A DNA stretch of 64,000 nucleotides from Limisphaerales bacterium (GCA_014382585.1 JACNJL010000058.1:27364-91363); one strand, 5' to 3'; shown: positions 8,951-18,180, numbered from the stretch's first letter. The notes: generated by a model from the letters alone, not told the origin. Numbers and translations: made by a program.

Positions 8951-9766
8951 TCAGGCGAGGTGTTTTTTAAAAGCGTCGAGGGTGGCCTTGGCCGCTTCAT
9001 CGGAATTCGGCCACGGGAAGGCCTCGGCGGAGGCGTACTGATCGTAGCCGATTTCTTTCAAAGCAGCAGCGATTGGCGCATAGTCCATGTGAGCGCACCC
9101 GGCGGGGCGGCGGTTACTGTCCACAAAATGTACGTGACCGATGTGTTTGCCATAAGTGCGCAACGCGTCGGCGATGTTGATTTCCTCGATATTCATGTGG
9201 AAGAGATCGGCGAGGATGACGATGTTGTCGGTGTCGAGTGTGCCGAGAAAATCCACGGTGTCTTCGGCGCGATTGAGCAGATTACTTTCATAGCGGTTGA
9301 GCGGTTCGTAAATTAAAGGCACGCCCGCGGCTTTGGCGTGTTCGCCGAGTTCGTTGAGTGCAGTGCGCAGAAAATCGTGCGCTTGCACTTTGCTCACGTC
9401 ACCTTCGAAGCGGCCTTGCATTGAACCGATGATGGCGGGCGCGCCGAGCTTTGCCCCGGCGTCGATGATGGCGCAGATGAAATTTTTGGCGTTGTCGCGC
9501 GAGGCGGCGTCCGGCTGACAAAGGTGCCATTTGTGGATGACCCATCCGCCGCCCGTGCCCACGGCGGCGACGTTGAGATTATGCTGCGCGGTGAGCGCGC
9601 GGAGTTCATCGACGGGAATCGCATCGGCATTGGGCGCGAATACCTCGACGGCATCGTAGCCCAACTCAGCGGCTTTGGCGCAACCGGCGGCGAGATCGTG
9701 CCAGAAAATGAACGGGCCGCCTTCGGCTTCCTTGACGAGTGAGATGGTGACTGCGGATTTGATCAT
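8951..9766 (-). CDS. sugar phosphate isomerase/epimerase (xylose-isomerase-like TIM barrel)
   Basis: 271 aa with the typical pattern: GYDAVE near the N-terminus, IYEPLNRYE, and HFVDSNRRPAG metal-ligand regions. Its ATG overlaps the upstream stop (ATGA at 9763-9766). Confidence 0.8.
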   Translation of the reverse strand: MIKSAVTISLVKEAEGGPFIFWHDLAAGCAKAAELGYDAVEVFAPNADAIPVDELRALTAQHNLNVAAVGTGGGWVIHKWHLCQPDAASRDNAKNFICAIIDAGAKLGAPAIIGSMQGRFEGDVSKVQAHDFLRTALNELGEHAKAAGVPLIYEPLNRYESNLLNRAEDTVDFLGTLDTDNIVILADLFHMNIEEINIADALRTYGKHIGHVHFVDSNRRPAGCAHMDYAPIAAALKEIGYDQYASAEAFPWPNSDEAAKATLDAFKKHLA

Positions 9767-11007
9767 GCGACAAATAACCGCTTGAAGTGGCGGTCATAAA
9801 GATTTTCGGTGACATTTTTACCAACGACTTCAGCGTTGGCTTTCAGTAAATCGGTGTAGCGCGCGCCCTCTTTAGCGGCGAGCTTGAAGGCAATATGCAG
9901 TAACTGGCGGAAGTGTTGGTTGTACTCCGGATGCTCCTGCACGTGCCGCAGCGCGTTGGCGTATTGGTCACCGGCCCAGCCATTGACTGCCTCGGCGGTG
10001 GGTAGCTTGGCAGAATCAATGTCAATTACCGAGGCGTACGGCGCGCACATCGCGTCCACATTCTCCAGTGCCTTGGCGTAAATCTCTTTGGACAACGTGA
10101 GGCCTTCGCCGCCGGCTTCGGCAAGGCCGATGAGTTCTTCGAGCCAAGTGGTGCCCGCAGTTTTTACGTGAACGCCCGCGCCAGTGCGGCGGAGGGCGTT
10201 GCCGATGATCGGGTAAATGGAAAACTTATCGCTGCCGCTATGCACACTGAGCTTTAGGTTTTCTGGCAAACCATAATTCGCAATCGCGTGCGCGATGACG
10301 GCGAGGTCATCATTGAATTCCTTCTCGAACTGCGCAAGGTCACCGACGTAATCAACGCCCTTATTAAAACGGCCCGTGAATTTTGGCGCGATGGTCTGCA
10401 GCTGCACGCCTTCATCGGCGAGCGCGGCGAGGATGATCAATAGCTCAGGCGGCGTCTGTGGCGCGTCAGTTTCGTCCATCGAAACCTCGGCGATGAACTC
10501 GCCTTTCTTCGATTCAATGTGGCGATAAATTTTCGCCGCCTCGGCAACTGCGGAGAGATATTTGGCGGCGACTTTTTCCACGTACTCGCGGGTGATTTCG
10601 ATTGGCTCGTCAATGCCCGCGAGGGTCACGCTGCCGATCAACTCGGGATGTTTCCCAATAAACACCGCCACCGCATCGCCTTCGGGCGCATGGCCGATGG
10701 AATCGGCCACGTCGATGGTGAAAAAATCAGAGCAGTCGAGATACTTGTCGACCGTGTCCATGTTGATGTGATCAGCATCCACATGCCATCCTTTAACCCA
10801 GCCGAGTGCCCCCACTGCAGCCTTCGCGGCGTCGAAAACACTTTGTGGTTCAGAGCCGATGAAGTTGTGTTCGCGGTTGGATTTGTTCCAAACCGGAATC
10901 ACGTCGATGCCATTTTCCGCGAGCTTCACGCAGGCTTGTAATTGCGCTTTTGCCTGATGAGCAAAGCGATCGCCCACACCGATGGTGTATTTTTCAAGAG
11001 TCAACAT
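9763..11007 (-). CDS. uxaE: tagaturonate/fructuronate epimerase (UxaE family)
   Basis: Blocks GVGDRF, VDADHI, EVSMDETD, GDLAQFEKEF, HSGSDKFSIYP and HVKTAGTTWLE match my memory of Thermotoga UxaE (FGTGDRLG, ADADHV, VSVDETE, GDLAQFEREI, HSGSDKFSVYP, HVKTAGTSYLE). Confidence 0.75.
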   Translation of the reverse strand: MLTLEKYTIGVGDRFAHQAKAQLQACVKLAENGIDVIPVWNKSNREHNFIGSEPQSVFDAAKAAVGALGWVKGWHVDADHINMDTVDKYLDCSDFFTIDVADSIGHAPEGDAVAVFIGKHPELIGSVTLAGIDEPIEITREYVEKVAAKYLSAVAEAAKIYRHIESKKGEFIAEVSMDETDAPQTPPELLIILAALADEGVQLQTIAPKFTGRFNKGVDYVGDLAQFEKEFNDDLAVIAHAIANYGLPENLKLSVHSGSDKFSIYPIIGNALRRTGAGVHVKTAGTTWLEELIGLAEAGGEGLTLSKEIYAKALENVDAMCAPYASVIDIDSAKLPTAEAVNGWAGDQYANALRHVQEHPEYNQHFRQLLHIAFKLAAKEGARYTDLLKANAEVVGKNVTENLYDRHFKRLFVA

Positions 11008-11060
11008 ACCGAAGGGCGGAATTTAGCGGAACGCGAAACAGAAGCAAGCATCTCTTTGTA

Positions 11061-11074
11061 AATTGTTAACAATT
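11061..11074. promoter_or_regulatory. perfect 14-bp palindrome AATTGTTAACAATT, candidate GntR/FadR-type operator
   Basis: Lies in the 100-nt divergent intergenic region between uxaE (start 11007) and the GntR gene (start 11108). It has a TTGT-N-ACAA core like FadR-subfamily operators. A TTGACG -35-like hexamer follows at 11078-11083. Confidence 0.4.
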
Positions 11075-11107
11075 GTGATTGACGCGGTTTAGAGGTGGGG
11101 CAACAAT

Positions 11108-11722
11108 TTGCCGGTGATGATTATCAACAAACCCGTTCGCTCATTGCGGGAGCAGATTACTAATGTACTGCGGTCGGAAGTGCTGGCGGGTGTGTGGACG
11201 AATGAGGTGCCGATGCGCGAACACGCGTTGGCTGAGCGGTTTGGCGTGAGTCGCGGGCCGATTCGCGATGCGCTGCTGCAGCTTTCGCAAGAAGGCGTGT
11301 TGGTGTATTCGCCGAACAAAGGCGTGCGCGTCAACACACCGCCCGCCGAGGCTGAGCGGCTATTGCTGCAATCAATGCGGCGTGAGATGGAGACATTTTG
11401 CATCGGCCAATGCATCGAGCATTTGACTGAGGCGGACGATAATCAGCTTGAAGGCATTCTGGCCGAACTTTACCGCGTGTGCGAACGCGCTGATCTCAGT
11501 GCCATTGCCGATTGCGATTTAGCGCTACACCGTTACCTCGTGCGGCGCGCTTCGCGTGAATTGGAAGGAGTGTGGCAAAGCATCGCCTCGCGTTTGCTGA
11601 TGGATTATTCGCGCATTGAACGCCTCGATCAAATCGTGGCCGAACACGAGGCAATTGTGCGCGCGGTAAAAAAACGCAATCTCAAGGCCGCCCAAAAAGC
11701 GCTCCACGCGAACATCATTTAA
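11108..11722 (+). CDS. GntR family transcriptional regulator (FadR subfamily, FCD effector domain)
   Basis: Winged-HTH LAERFGVSRGPIRDALLQLSQEGVL plus a helical C-terminal FCD-like domain (HRYL, EHEAIVRAV). TTG start at 11108, alternative ATG at 11117. The stop TAA overlaps the next ATG (TAATG at 11720-11724). Confidence 0.9.
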   Translation: MPVMIINKPVRSLREQITNVLRSEVLAGVWTNEVPMREHALAERFGVSRGPIRDALLQLSQEGVLVYSPNKGVRVNTPPAEAERLLLQSMRREMETFCIGQCIEHLTEADDNQLEGILAELYRVCERADLSAIADCDLALHRYLVRRASRELEGVWQSIASRLLMDYSRIERLDQIVAEHEAIVRAVKKRNLKAAQKALHANII

Positions 11723-14487
11723 TGCGACGACTGACATTCATTTTTATCTGCCTCACGACCGCGGTTGCCTTTGCAGACAACCGCGAAGGAGATCGATTAT
11801 TTGCGCTGAAAGTACGCGGGATAATCAATTCCAAATGTATTGCGTGCCACGGCGCGGAGACGAACAAGCTGAAAGGCGAACTGAACCTGTCCTCGCGTGC
11901 GGCAATGTTGAAAGGCGGTGAGAGTGAAACACCCTCCATCGTGCCCGGCAAACCGTTGGCCAGCCCACTTTACCTGGCATCCACACGGGCGCATGAAGAT
12001 GATTGGTCCGCCATGCCGCCGAAGGAGAACGACAAACTTTCGGCGGCGCAGTTGGCCGCACTCAAACGTTGGATTGAATTGGGCGCGCCGTGGCCAAATG
12101 CCAAGACGCAGGCGCGCTACATCGCCGAGGAACGCGCCAAGCCGATGACCGACGAAGGCGTGCTAATCAAAACCAGCGGCGGGCTGTCGGAGGACTGGAC
12201 CTTTCGCCGCTATCAACCGGAGGATGTGTGGGCTATTCAGCCATTGAAAAAACCGGCGGTGCCGAAGGGCGCGGTGAATCCCATTGATGCGTTCGTCGGT
12301 CGCAAGCTAAAAGCAGACGGTTTTGCTGCCGCGCCGGCGGCGGATTTTCGCACGTTGCTGAAGCGCGCGAATTACGATCTCACCGGCCTGCCACCGACAC
12401 CGATTGAAATTCTTAAATTCCGCCAAGCGTGGGATAAGGATCCCGACAAGGCGTGGAGCACGCTCATCGACGAACTGTTGGCCAGCCCGCATTACGGCGA
12501 GCGCTGGGGGCAGCATTGGCTGGACGTCGCCCGCTACGCCGACACGGGCGGTTACTCCAACGATTACGAGCGTTCCAATGCTTGGCGGTACCGTGATTAT
12601 GTCATCCGCGCCTTCAATGAAGACAAGCCGTACAATGAATTTGTGATTGAACAAATCGCAGGCGACGAGCTGTGGGAGCAAGCGCCAATAGGAAAACGTG
12701 ATTCGGCATTGCTGGTGGCCACCGGTTTCCTGCGCATGGGGCCATGGGATCCGGCGATGGTGAAGGTGCCCGAAGCGCGCCAAATTTTTCTCGATGACGT
12801 TGTGAATTCCGTTGGGCAGACTTTTCTCAGCACCACGATGCGATGTTTCAAATGTCACGATCACAAGTTTGATCCGTTGCCCACACGCGACTATTACCGA
12901 ATGTACGCGACCTTCGCCGGCACGCAGATGGCTGAACGTCCCGCGCCGTTTTTGAAGAATGAAAATCTCGACCGATTTGCCGAGCAGAAAAAACACGTGC
13001 AGGGCCTCTTGAGTTTTGCGAAAGAGAAAACAAAGGAGCTCACTGACAAACGCGAGGCGGCGGCCGCTGCGTGGTACAAAAAATCCGGGTTGGATTATGT
13101 CCCGCTTGAAAAACGAAAGAGTTTTGCGGATGAGAAAAAACCGCCGCGCCACGTGGGGCTCGATCCAATGGAACAAGGCCGCCTGAAAGTGCGCGAGCAA
13201 GATTCCTGGATTTGGGAGCGTCGGTTGGAACGTTTTCAGCCGATGGTGCAGAGTGTTTACAACGGGCCCGACCCGAAATATTTGAACGCGCGGAAATTGC
13301 GCTCAAAAGCCACGCCCAATGGCAACTGGCGGCCAGACAGCCACATTTACATGGGAGGCTCTTTGCAGGCACCGGGCCAGAAAGTGAATCCAGGCGGGTT
13401 AAGTGCCACGGGCATCCCAGTCTCCACCTCGGGTGATCAACCGCTGCAGCGCCCGCGGTTGGCATTGGCCAAATGGATTGCGAATCCGAAAAACCCGCTC
13501 ACGGCGCGCTCTATCGTAAATCGCGTGTGGCAGCATCATTTTGGCAAACCGCTCGCGGGCAACCCGAACAATTTCGGAGCCAAAGGTGCCAAGCCGACCC
13601 ATCCGGAATTGCTCGACTGGTTGGCGGCGGACTTCGTGGAGCACGGCTGGAAATTCAAGCGGTTGCACCGGATGATCATGCTTTCGAAAACCTATCGGCA
13701 ATCCGGCCGTCATCCGCTATTGGAGAAACTGCAAACCGAGGATCCGAACAATGACCTTTTTGCCTACCATCCACCGCGCCGCCTTACGGCTGAGGAGCTA
13801 CGCGATAGTTTGCTAATGGTCACAGGTGAATTGAATCCTACCATCGGCGGCCTGCCGGTTATGCCGGAGATTAACATGGAGGTTGCACTCCAACCGCGCA
13901 TGATCCAGTTCTCTATCGCGCCGGCGTATCAGCCCTCGCGAACACCGCCCGAGCGCAACCGGCGTACCATTTATGCCTACCGCGTCCGCGGCCAGTCCGA
14001 TCCGTTCCTTGAATTGTTCAATCAACCCAATTCCAACAGCTCTTGCGAAGAACGCGATGCGGCTGCCGTCACGCCACAGGCTCTCACATTGCTCAACAGC
14101 GACGTGATGAGCGACCGAGCCATTGCCTTGGCCCTGCGCGTAGAGAAAGAAATGGCCACGCTGCAGCTGCAAATAAAGCACGCTGTTCAACTGACCTTCG
14201 GACGCGTGCCAGACAAAGTGGAACAGCAACGCCTCGAACAATACATTCTCAAAATGCGCGCCTACCACGCGAAACAACAACCCGAGCCGGTGAAATATCC
14301 CACCCGCATCACACGTTCACTCGTTGAAGAACTCACCGGACAACCCTTCAGGTACGAAGAAATTTTACCCGTTTTTGAAAACTATGTGCCGGACAAAAAA
14401 CCTGCCAACGTAAACGCAAACACCCGCGCCCTCGCCGATTTGTGTCTATTGCTTTTCAACTCAAACGAATTTATTTACGTTTACTGA
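11722..14487 (+). CDS. secreted PSCyt1/DUF1549(PSCyt2)/DUF1553(PSD1) protein
   Basis: Sec signal peptide. CxxCH motifs CIACHG (PSCyt1) and CFKCHDHKFDP (DUF1549 hallmark). DUF1553-type C-terminal end LADLCLLLFNSNEFIYVY. Confidence 0.85.
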   Translation: MRRLTFIFICLTTAVAFADNREGDRLFALKVRGIINSKCIACHGAETNKLKGELNLSSRAAMLKGGESETPSIVPGKPLASPLYLASTRAHEDDWSAMPPKENDKLSAAQLAALKRWIELGAPWPNAKTQARYIAEERAKPMTDEGVLIKTSGGLSEDWTFRRYQPEDVWAIQPLKKPAVPKGAVNPIDAFVGRKLKADGFAAAPAADFRTLLKRANYDLTGLPPTPIEILKFRQAWDKDPDKAWSTLIDELLASPHYGERWGQHWLDVARYADTGGYSNDYERSNAWRYRDYVIRAFNEDKPYNEFVIEQIAGDELWEQAPIGKRDSALLVATGFLRMGPWDPAMVKVPEARQIFLDDVVNSVGQTFLSTTMRCFKCHDHKFDPLPTRDYYRMYATFAGTQMAERPAPFLKNENLDRFAEQKKHVQGLLSFAKEKTKELTDKREAAAAAWYKKSGLDYVPLEKRKSFADEKKPPRHVGLDPMEQGRLKVREQDSWIWERRLERFQPMVQSVYNGPDPKYLNARKLRSKATPNGNWRPDSHIYMGGSLQAPGQKVNPGGLSATGIPVSTSGDQPLQRPRLALAKWIANPKNPLTARSIVNRVWQHHFGKPLAGNPNNFGAKGAKPTHPELLDWLAADFVEHGWKFKRLHRMIMLSKTYRQSGRHPLLEKLQTEDPNNDLFAYHPPRRLTAEELRDSLLMVTGELNPTIGGLPVMPEINMEVALQPRMIQFSIAPAYQPSRTPPERNRRTIYAYRVRGQSDPFLELFNQPNSNSSCEERDAAAVTPQALTLLNSDVMSDRAIALALRVEKEMATLQLQIKHAVQLTFGRVPDKVEQQRLEQYILKMRAYHAKQQPEPVKYPTRITRSLVEELTGQPFRYEEILPVFENYVPDKKPANVNANTRALADLCLLLFNSNEFIYVY

Positions 14488-14488
14488 T

Positions 14489-15889
14489 ATGAACGCACCC
14501 TTCTCGCTGAACACAGCCTCACTCCGCCGCCGTGATTTCCTTTATGGCCTCGGCTCATCATTAGGTGCGCTGGCAATGACCGACCTTTTGGCCAAAGAAG
14601 CCACGGGCCCATTAACACCCAAGAAGCCGATGCACGCGCCCAAAGCCAAGGCAGTGATTATGCTTTTCATGGAGGGCGGGCCGAGTCAGGTGGATACATT
14701 TGATCCGAAACCCGCTTTGAACGCGAAACATAAAACAGAATCCAAACGCACGGCGGGGCTTGCAAATGGGTTTCGTTTTTATGTTGGCAGTCCATTCAAG
14801 TCACGCAAGGTCGGCCAGTCGGGATTGGATATGAGTGATCCGTGGGTGCATTTGCCGGAGGTTGCCGATGAACTTTGTAACTATCGGGGTTGCCAGGCAG
14901 AGTCACTGAATCATCCGGAGGCGCTTTTCCATATGAATACCGGCAGCCGACTGGGCGGCGATCCTGCTTTGGGGTCGTGGGTGAATTATGGGCTCGGCAC
15001 TGAGAATCAAAACCTGCCTGGCTACGTTGTGATGACCGAGCTGGCCATGCCACAGGGAGGGGCGCGCAATTGGGGCAACGGTTTTTTACCTGCGCATTAT
15101 CAAGGCACACGCCTACGGCCAAGCGGTTCCCCAATTCTGGATCTACACGCGCCAAAACACAAAACCCGCGACCACCAACGCAAGGCACTTGATGAGCTGG
15201 CATTTCTGAATCAACGCCACGCAAAAAAACATCCGGAACACGCCGACCTTGCTGCGCGCATGGAAAGCTACGAGCTGGCCTATCGCATGCAGATGGAAGT
15301 GCCGGGCGTTATTGATCTCACGAGCGAGCCCGAACACATCCGCGAAGCTTACGGCATGAATCAAAAGGAGACAGCGGAATTCGGCCGCCAATGTTTAATG
15401 GCCCGTCGCCTCGTTGAGAAAGGTGTTCGCTTCGTGCAGGTTTTTTCAGGCGGCTGGGACAGCCACGACTATCTGGAACGCGGCCACGCCTCGCGCATCA
15501 AAAGCGTGGATCAACCAATAACCGCCCTCATCAAAGACTTAAAGCAACGCGGTATGCTCGACGACACGTTAGTCGTGTGGACCGGCGAGTTTGGCCGCAC
15601 CCCCGACAACAACCGTCGGGGCGGCGTCTACGCACTCGGCCGCGGCCACAACATCGATGCAATGACGATGCTGATGGCAGGCGGCGGCACAAAAAAAGGC
15701 TCAGTCGTTGGTGCCACCGACGAGATTGGCGCGAAGGCCTCGGAGGTCGTTCACCCCATCCGCAACCTGCACGTGACGCTGCTCCATCTGCTTGGACTCG
15801 ACGACAACAAGCTCACCTACTTCCACGCCGGCCGCTACAAACAACTCAGCCAATTCGGCGGGAAGGTCATTAAGGAACTAATCGCGTGA
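14489..15889 (+). CDS. DUF1501 protein (sulfatase/alkaline-phosphatase-like), twin-arginine signal
   Basis: RRRDFLYGLGSSLGALA Tat motif and FMEGGPSQVDTFDPKP metal-site block. C-terminal GEFGRTP...GRGHN block typical of DUF1501. Starts 1 nt after the upstream stop. Confidence 0.85.
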   Translation: MNAPFSLNTASLRRRDFLYGLGSSLGALAMTDLLAKEATGPLTPKKPMHAPKAKAVIMLFMEGGPSQVDTFDPKPALNAKHKTESKRTAGLANGFRFYVGSPFKSRKVGQSGLDMSDPWVHLPEVADELCNYRGCQAESLNHPEALFHMNTGSRLGGDPALGSWVNYGLGTENQNLPGYVVMTELAMPQGGARNWGNGFLPAHYQGTRLRPSGSPILDLHAPKHKTRDHQRKALDELAFLNQRHAKKHPEHADLAARMESYELAYRMQMEVPGVIDLTSEPEHIREAYGMNQKETAEFGRQCLMARRLVEKGVRFVQVFSGGWDSHDYLERGHASRIKSVDQPITALIKDLKQRGMLDDTLVVWTGEFGRTPDNNRRGGVYALGRGHNIDAMTMLMAGGGTKKGSVVGATDEIGAKASEVVHPIRNLHVTLLHLLGLDDNKLTYFHAGRYKQLSQFGGKVIKELIA

Positions 15890-15920
15890 TTTGCGAACTG
15901 TTCTTCTCAAACGCAAAACT

Positions 15921-15986
15921 TTAGGCCTCCTCGTAGCCGAGCGCGCTATAGCCAGCGCTTTGGCCGGGTTCGTCGTTGACGGTGAC
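15921..15986 (-). pseudogene. 3' relic of a paralogue of the 533-aa TAT protein gene (18181..19755)
   Basis: Minus-strand frame reads ...FVTVNDEPGQSAGYSALGYEEA*, versus the C-terminus ...GYTVNDKRGQGPGHRAPGYEEAKRLLKVKV* of the 533-aa protein. Ungapped hand alignment of 15924-15984 with 18208-18268 gives 47/61 identical nt. There is no start codon and no upstream homologous part. Confidence 0.5.
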
Positions 15987-16023
15987 GAATTGAACCCACA
16001 AACCCACGCACGCGAATTGAATT

Positions 16024-17127
16024 TTATCTCCGGTTTCGCTTCCCGCCCGTCAACCACCCCAGCGTGAAGCGCGCGAAGGTGATTGTCTCGTACGCACTCG
16101 TTTCACCGCGTTCGTAAATGATGCCGATCGAATTATCCAACATCACGGTAAGATTCGAATATGCGGCGGGACCGGCATAAAGCTGACGGCTGACGGGCCA
16201 CGTTTTGCCTTCGTCGCGGCTGAGCCGCACGGTCATTCGATTGCGCGACTGACTGGCTGGGTTGGAGAACAGCAACCGATTTCCATCGAACCGTATGAAA
16301 CTAGCCTGACAAACCGGCTCGATGAGCGTGGCGTCGTCGACGGAACGCCCCCACGTTTCGCCGCCATCTTTGCTGATGGCGATGGCGCGAAGATTTTTTC
16401 CGCGATAGCTTCGCATATTCATCATTAAGCGTCCATCGGCCAATTCCACCACGGCGCATTCGTTCATACCGCGATCGGTGGGCTGGCCCATTTTCCACGT
16501 TTTGCCGTGGTCATCGGAGTAGAGGCTGTGGGAATGACCGTTGGTGTTATAGGTGTTGCGCCCGCCACGCCGGTGGTCGCACGGCATCACGAGGCGACCA
16601 GCGTGTTTGCCTCCAGTGAGCTGAATGCCATTGCCCGGACCAGTGGCCACCCATGTCCAATTTGGCTTAATGGCCACATTAGAAATGTCTTTTGGTTTGG
16701 ACCACGTTCGGCCGTCGTCTTTGCTGTGGGTGATGAACACTTTTTTGTTATCGCGACATAGGCTCATCCAAATGAACCCAGTGGATTGATCGACCACAGG
16801 ACACGGATTGCCAATGGTGACTTTTGCGTCGCCGCCTTCTTCGTACACGATGGATTGCGGGCTCCACGTTTTGCCGAAATCGGATGAGCGTTTCACAAGC
16901 AAATCCAAATCGCCGTGATCGCCCCGCCCGGTTTTACGGCCTTCGCAAAAGGCAAGCAGCGTGCCCTTCTTGGTCACAATGAGTGCCGGGATGCGGTACG
17001 TGTGATAACCATCCTTGCCGCTGACGAACACCGGCGTTTGAACCAACCCGGCAGCGGATGAAAAAATGGAACTCAAGAGCAATGCGAGCAACAGCTTCAT
17101 CCCGCGATTTAACCGTTGCCGCAACAA
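16024..17127 (-). CDS. exo-alpha-sialidase (GH33, BNR/Asp-box)
   Basis: YRIP motif (HTYRIPALIV). Five Asp boxes: SSDFGKTW, SKDDGRTW, SDDHGKTW, SKDGGETW, SRDEGKTW. Signal peptide present. The start may be ATG 17100 (MKLLLALLL). Confidence 0.9.
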   Translation of the reverse strand: MLRQRLNRGMKLLLALLLSSIFSSAAGLVQTPVFVSGKDGYHTYRIPALIVTKKGTLLAFCEGRKTGRGDHGDLDLLVKRSSDFGKTWSPQSIVYEEGGDAKVTIGNPCPVVDQSTGFIWMSLCRDNKKVFITHSKDDGRTWSKPKDISNVAIKPNWTWVATGPGNGIQLTGGKHAGRLVMPCDHRRGGRNTYNTNGHSHSLYSDDHGKTWKMGQPTDRGMNECAVVELADGRLMMNMRSYRGKNLRAIAISKDGGETWGRSVDDATLIEPVCQASFIRFDGNRLLFSNPASQSRNRMTVRLSRDEGKTWPVSRQLYAGPAAYSNLTVMLDNSIGIIYERGETSAYETITFARFTLGWLTGGKRNRR

Positions 17128-17136
17128 AGTGAAAGC

Positions 17137-18177
17137 CTAAAGCCCCGTGTCGCCTTTGCGCCGCAGCAAGCCGGAACGGTTGCGGGAATTCAGCTCCACA
17201 TCGGGCGAATCGGCCACGTGCACCCACACGTGCACGTGAGGCGCACCGCGCCAATGCCAAACGAACGCCGGGCCTTCGAGACGCCAGTTGTCGTAAATGC
17301 CGTCGCGGCCCAGGTCGTCGCGTTGGTAAAAGGTGAGGTGACATGAGTCGAGGCCGCCGTTCTTTTTCAGCGCGGCCACCGCTTCGTCCCGATCGCTTTG
17401 GCGGAAAGGTTCGAGCAACAGGCGCAGAATGTTTTGCAGGTGCGCCTTTTGATCGCGCGCCATATTGGCCACGGGCGCGCCGGTGAATTGGCCTTTCGGT
17501 CCGCGGAAAGCAATCTCCCCCTCGTCGGGCGCTTCCTTCAGCATCGCTTGTTGGCGCAATTTCCCATCGAGCATTTTGTGCAGCTTATTGGCCTCCAGCG
17601 CTTGATGCCAAAAAATGTTGTCGGGATGATCGGCCTTTTCAAAATAACCGCTGGAGCCTTCGTCGCCATACATAATGGGGCCGGCAAAGGCGACGTGATC
17701 GGCGGAGTCGCCATCGCAGCGCAAGGTACCGTGCCGACCGCTCTGCACAAACTCAAATTTGCCCGAGCCCGGCTCGCCGAAGATGGCGATGGCCTGACGT
17801 TTTCCCCAGCCTTTCATGTCGTGCTTGAGCTGGAGGTCGAAGCGGTCAATCCAATCGGGATTCAGCAATCCCTCCCAAATGGCGCGAATGATATCCTGTT
17901 GGTCGTTCGTGAAAAACTCACTGCGAATGAGCGGCTTGGTGATAAGCCAATTGTTCGAGATATGTTTACGCAACAGGCCATTGTGATTTTTGTAATCCCA
18001 CGGAAAACAAACCGCCTTGCGTTGCTTGACGTCAAAGGTCTTGTACAGCGTTTTCACCAGCGACTCCGAAGTGGCCTTGCGCGCGGCGAGTGCCGGCAAT
18101 GCTGTCCCCGCGAGTGCTGCTGCGCCGGTGATTTGGAGAAAATTGCGTCGGTTGATTTCTGGTTGGTTTTTGATCAT
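17137..18177 (-). CDS. TAT-exported hypothetical protein (DUF3500-like)
   Basis: Twin-arginine signal NRRNFLQITGAAALAG. The block AIFGEPGSGKFEFVQSGRHGTLRC resembles the DUF3500 pattern IFG.P....W.WR.EGHH. Only 3 nt separate it from the upstream gene. Confidence 0.6.
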   Translation of the reverse strand: MIKNQPEINRRNFLQITGAAALAGTALPALAARKATSESLVKTLYKTFDVKQRKAVCFPWDYKNHNGLLRKHISNNWLITKPLIRSEFFTNDQQDIIRAIWEGLLNPDWIDRFDLQLKHDMKGWGKRQAIAIFGEPGSGKFEFVQSGRHGTLRCDGDSADHVAFAGPIMYGDEGSSGYFEKADHPDNIFWHQALEANKLHKMLDGKLRQQAMLKEAPDEGEIAFRGPKGQFTGAPVANMARDQKAHLQNILRLLLEPFRQSDRDEAVAALKKNGGLDSCHLTFYQRDDLGRDGIYDNWRLEGPAFVWHWRGAPHVHVWVHVADSPDVELNSRNRSGLLRRKGDTGL

Positions 18178-18180
18178 AGG

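Noticed and set aside
12307-13200. 297-aa minus-strand ORF. Similar long antisense ORFs occur at 32121..33002, 37044..37883, 17398..18201, 59938..60654, 61879..62772 and 1865..2635.
   Set aside because: Each is fully embedded opposite a gene with clear family signatures (DUF1553, giant PSCyt protein, DUF1501, DUF3500-like, serA, MFS transporter, cysS). All show Arg/His/Gly/Pro-rich composition.
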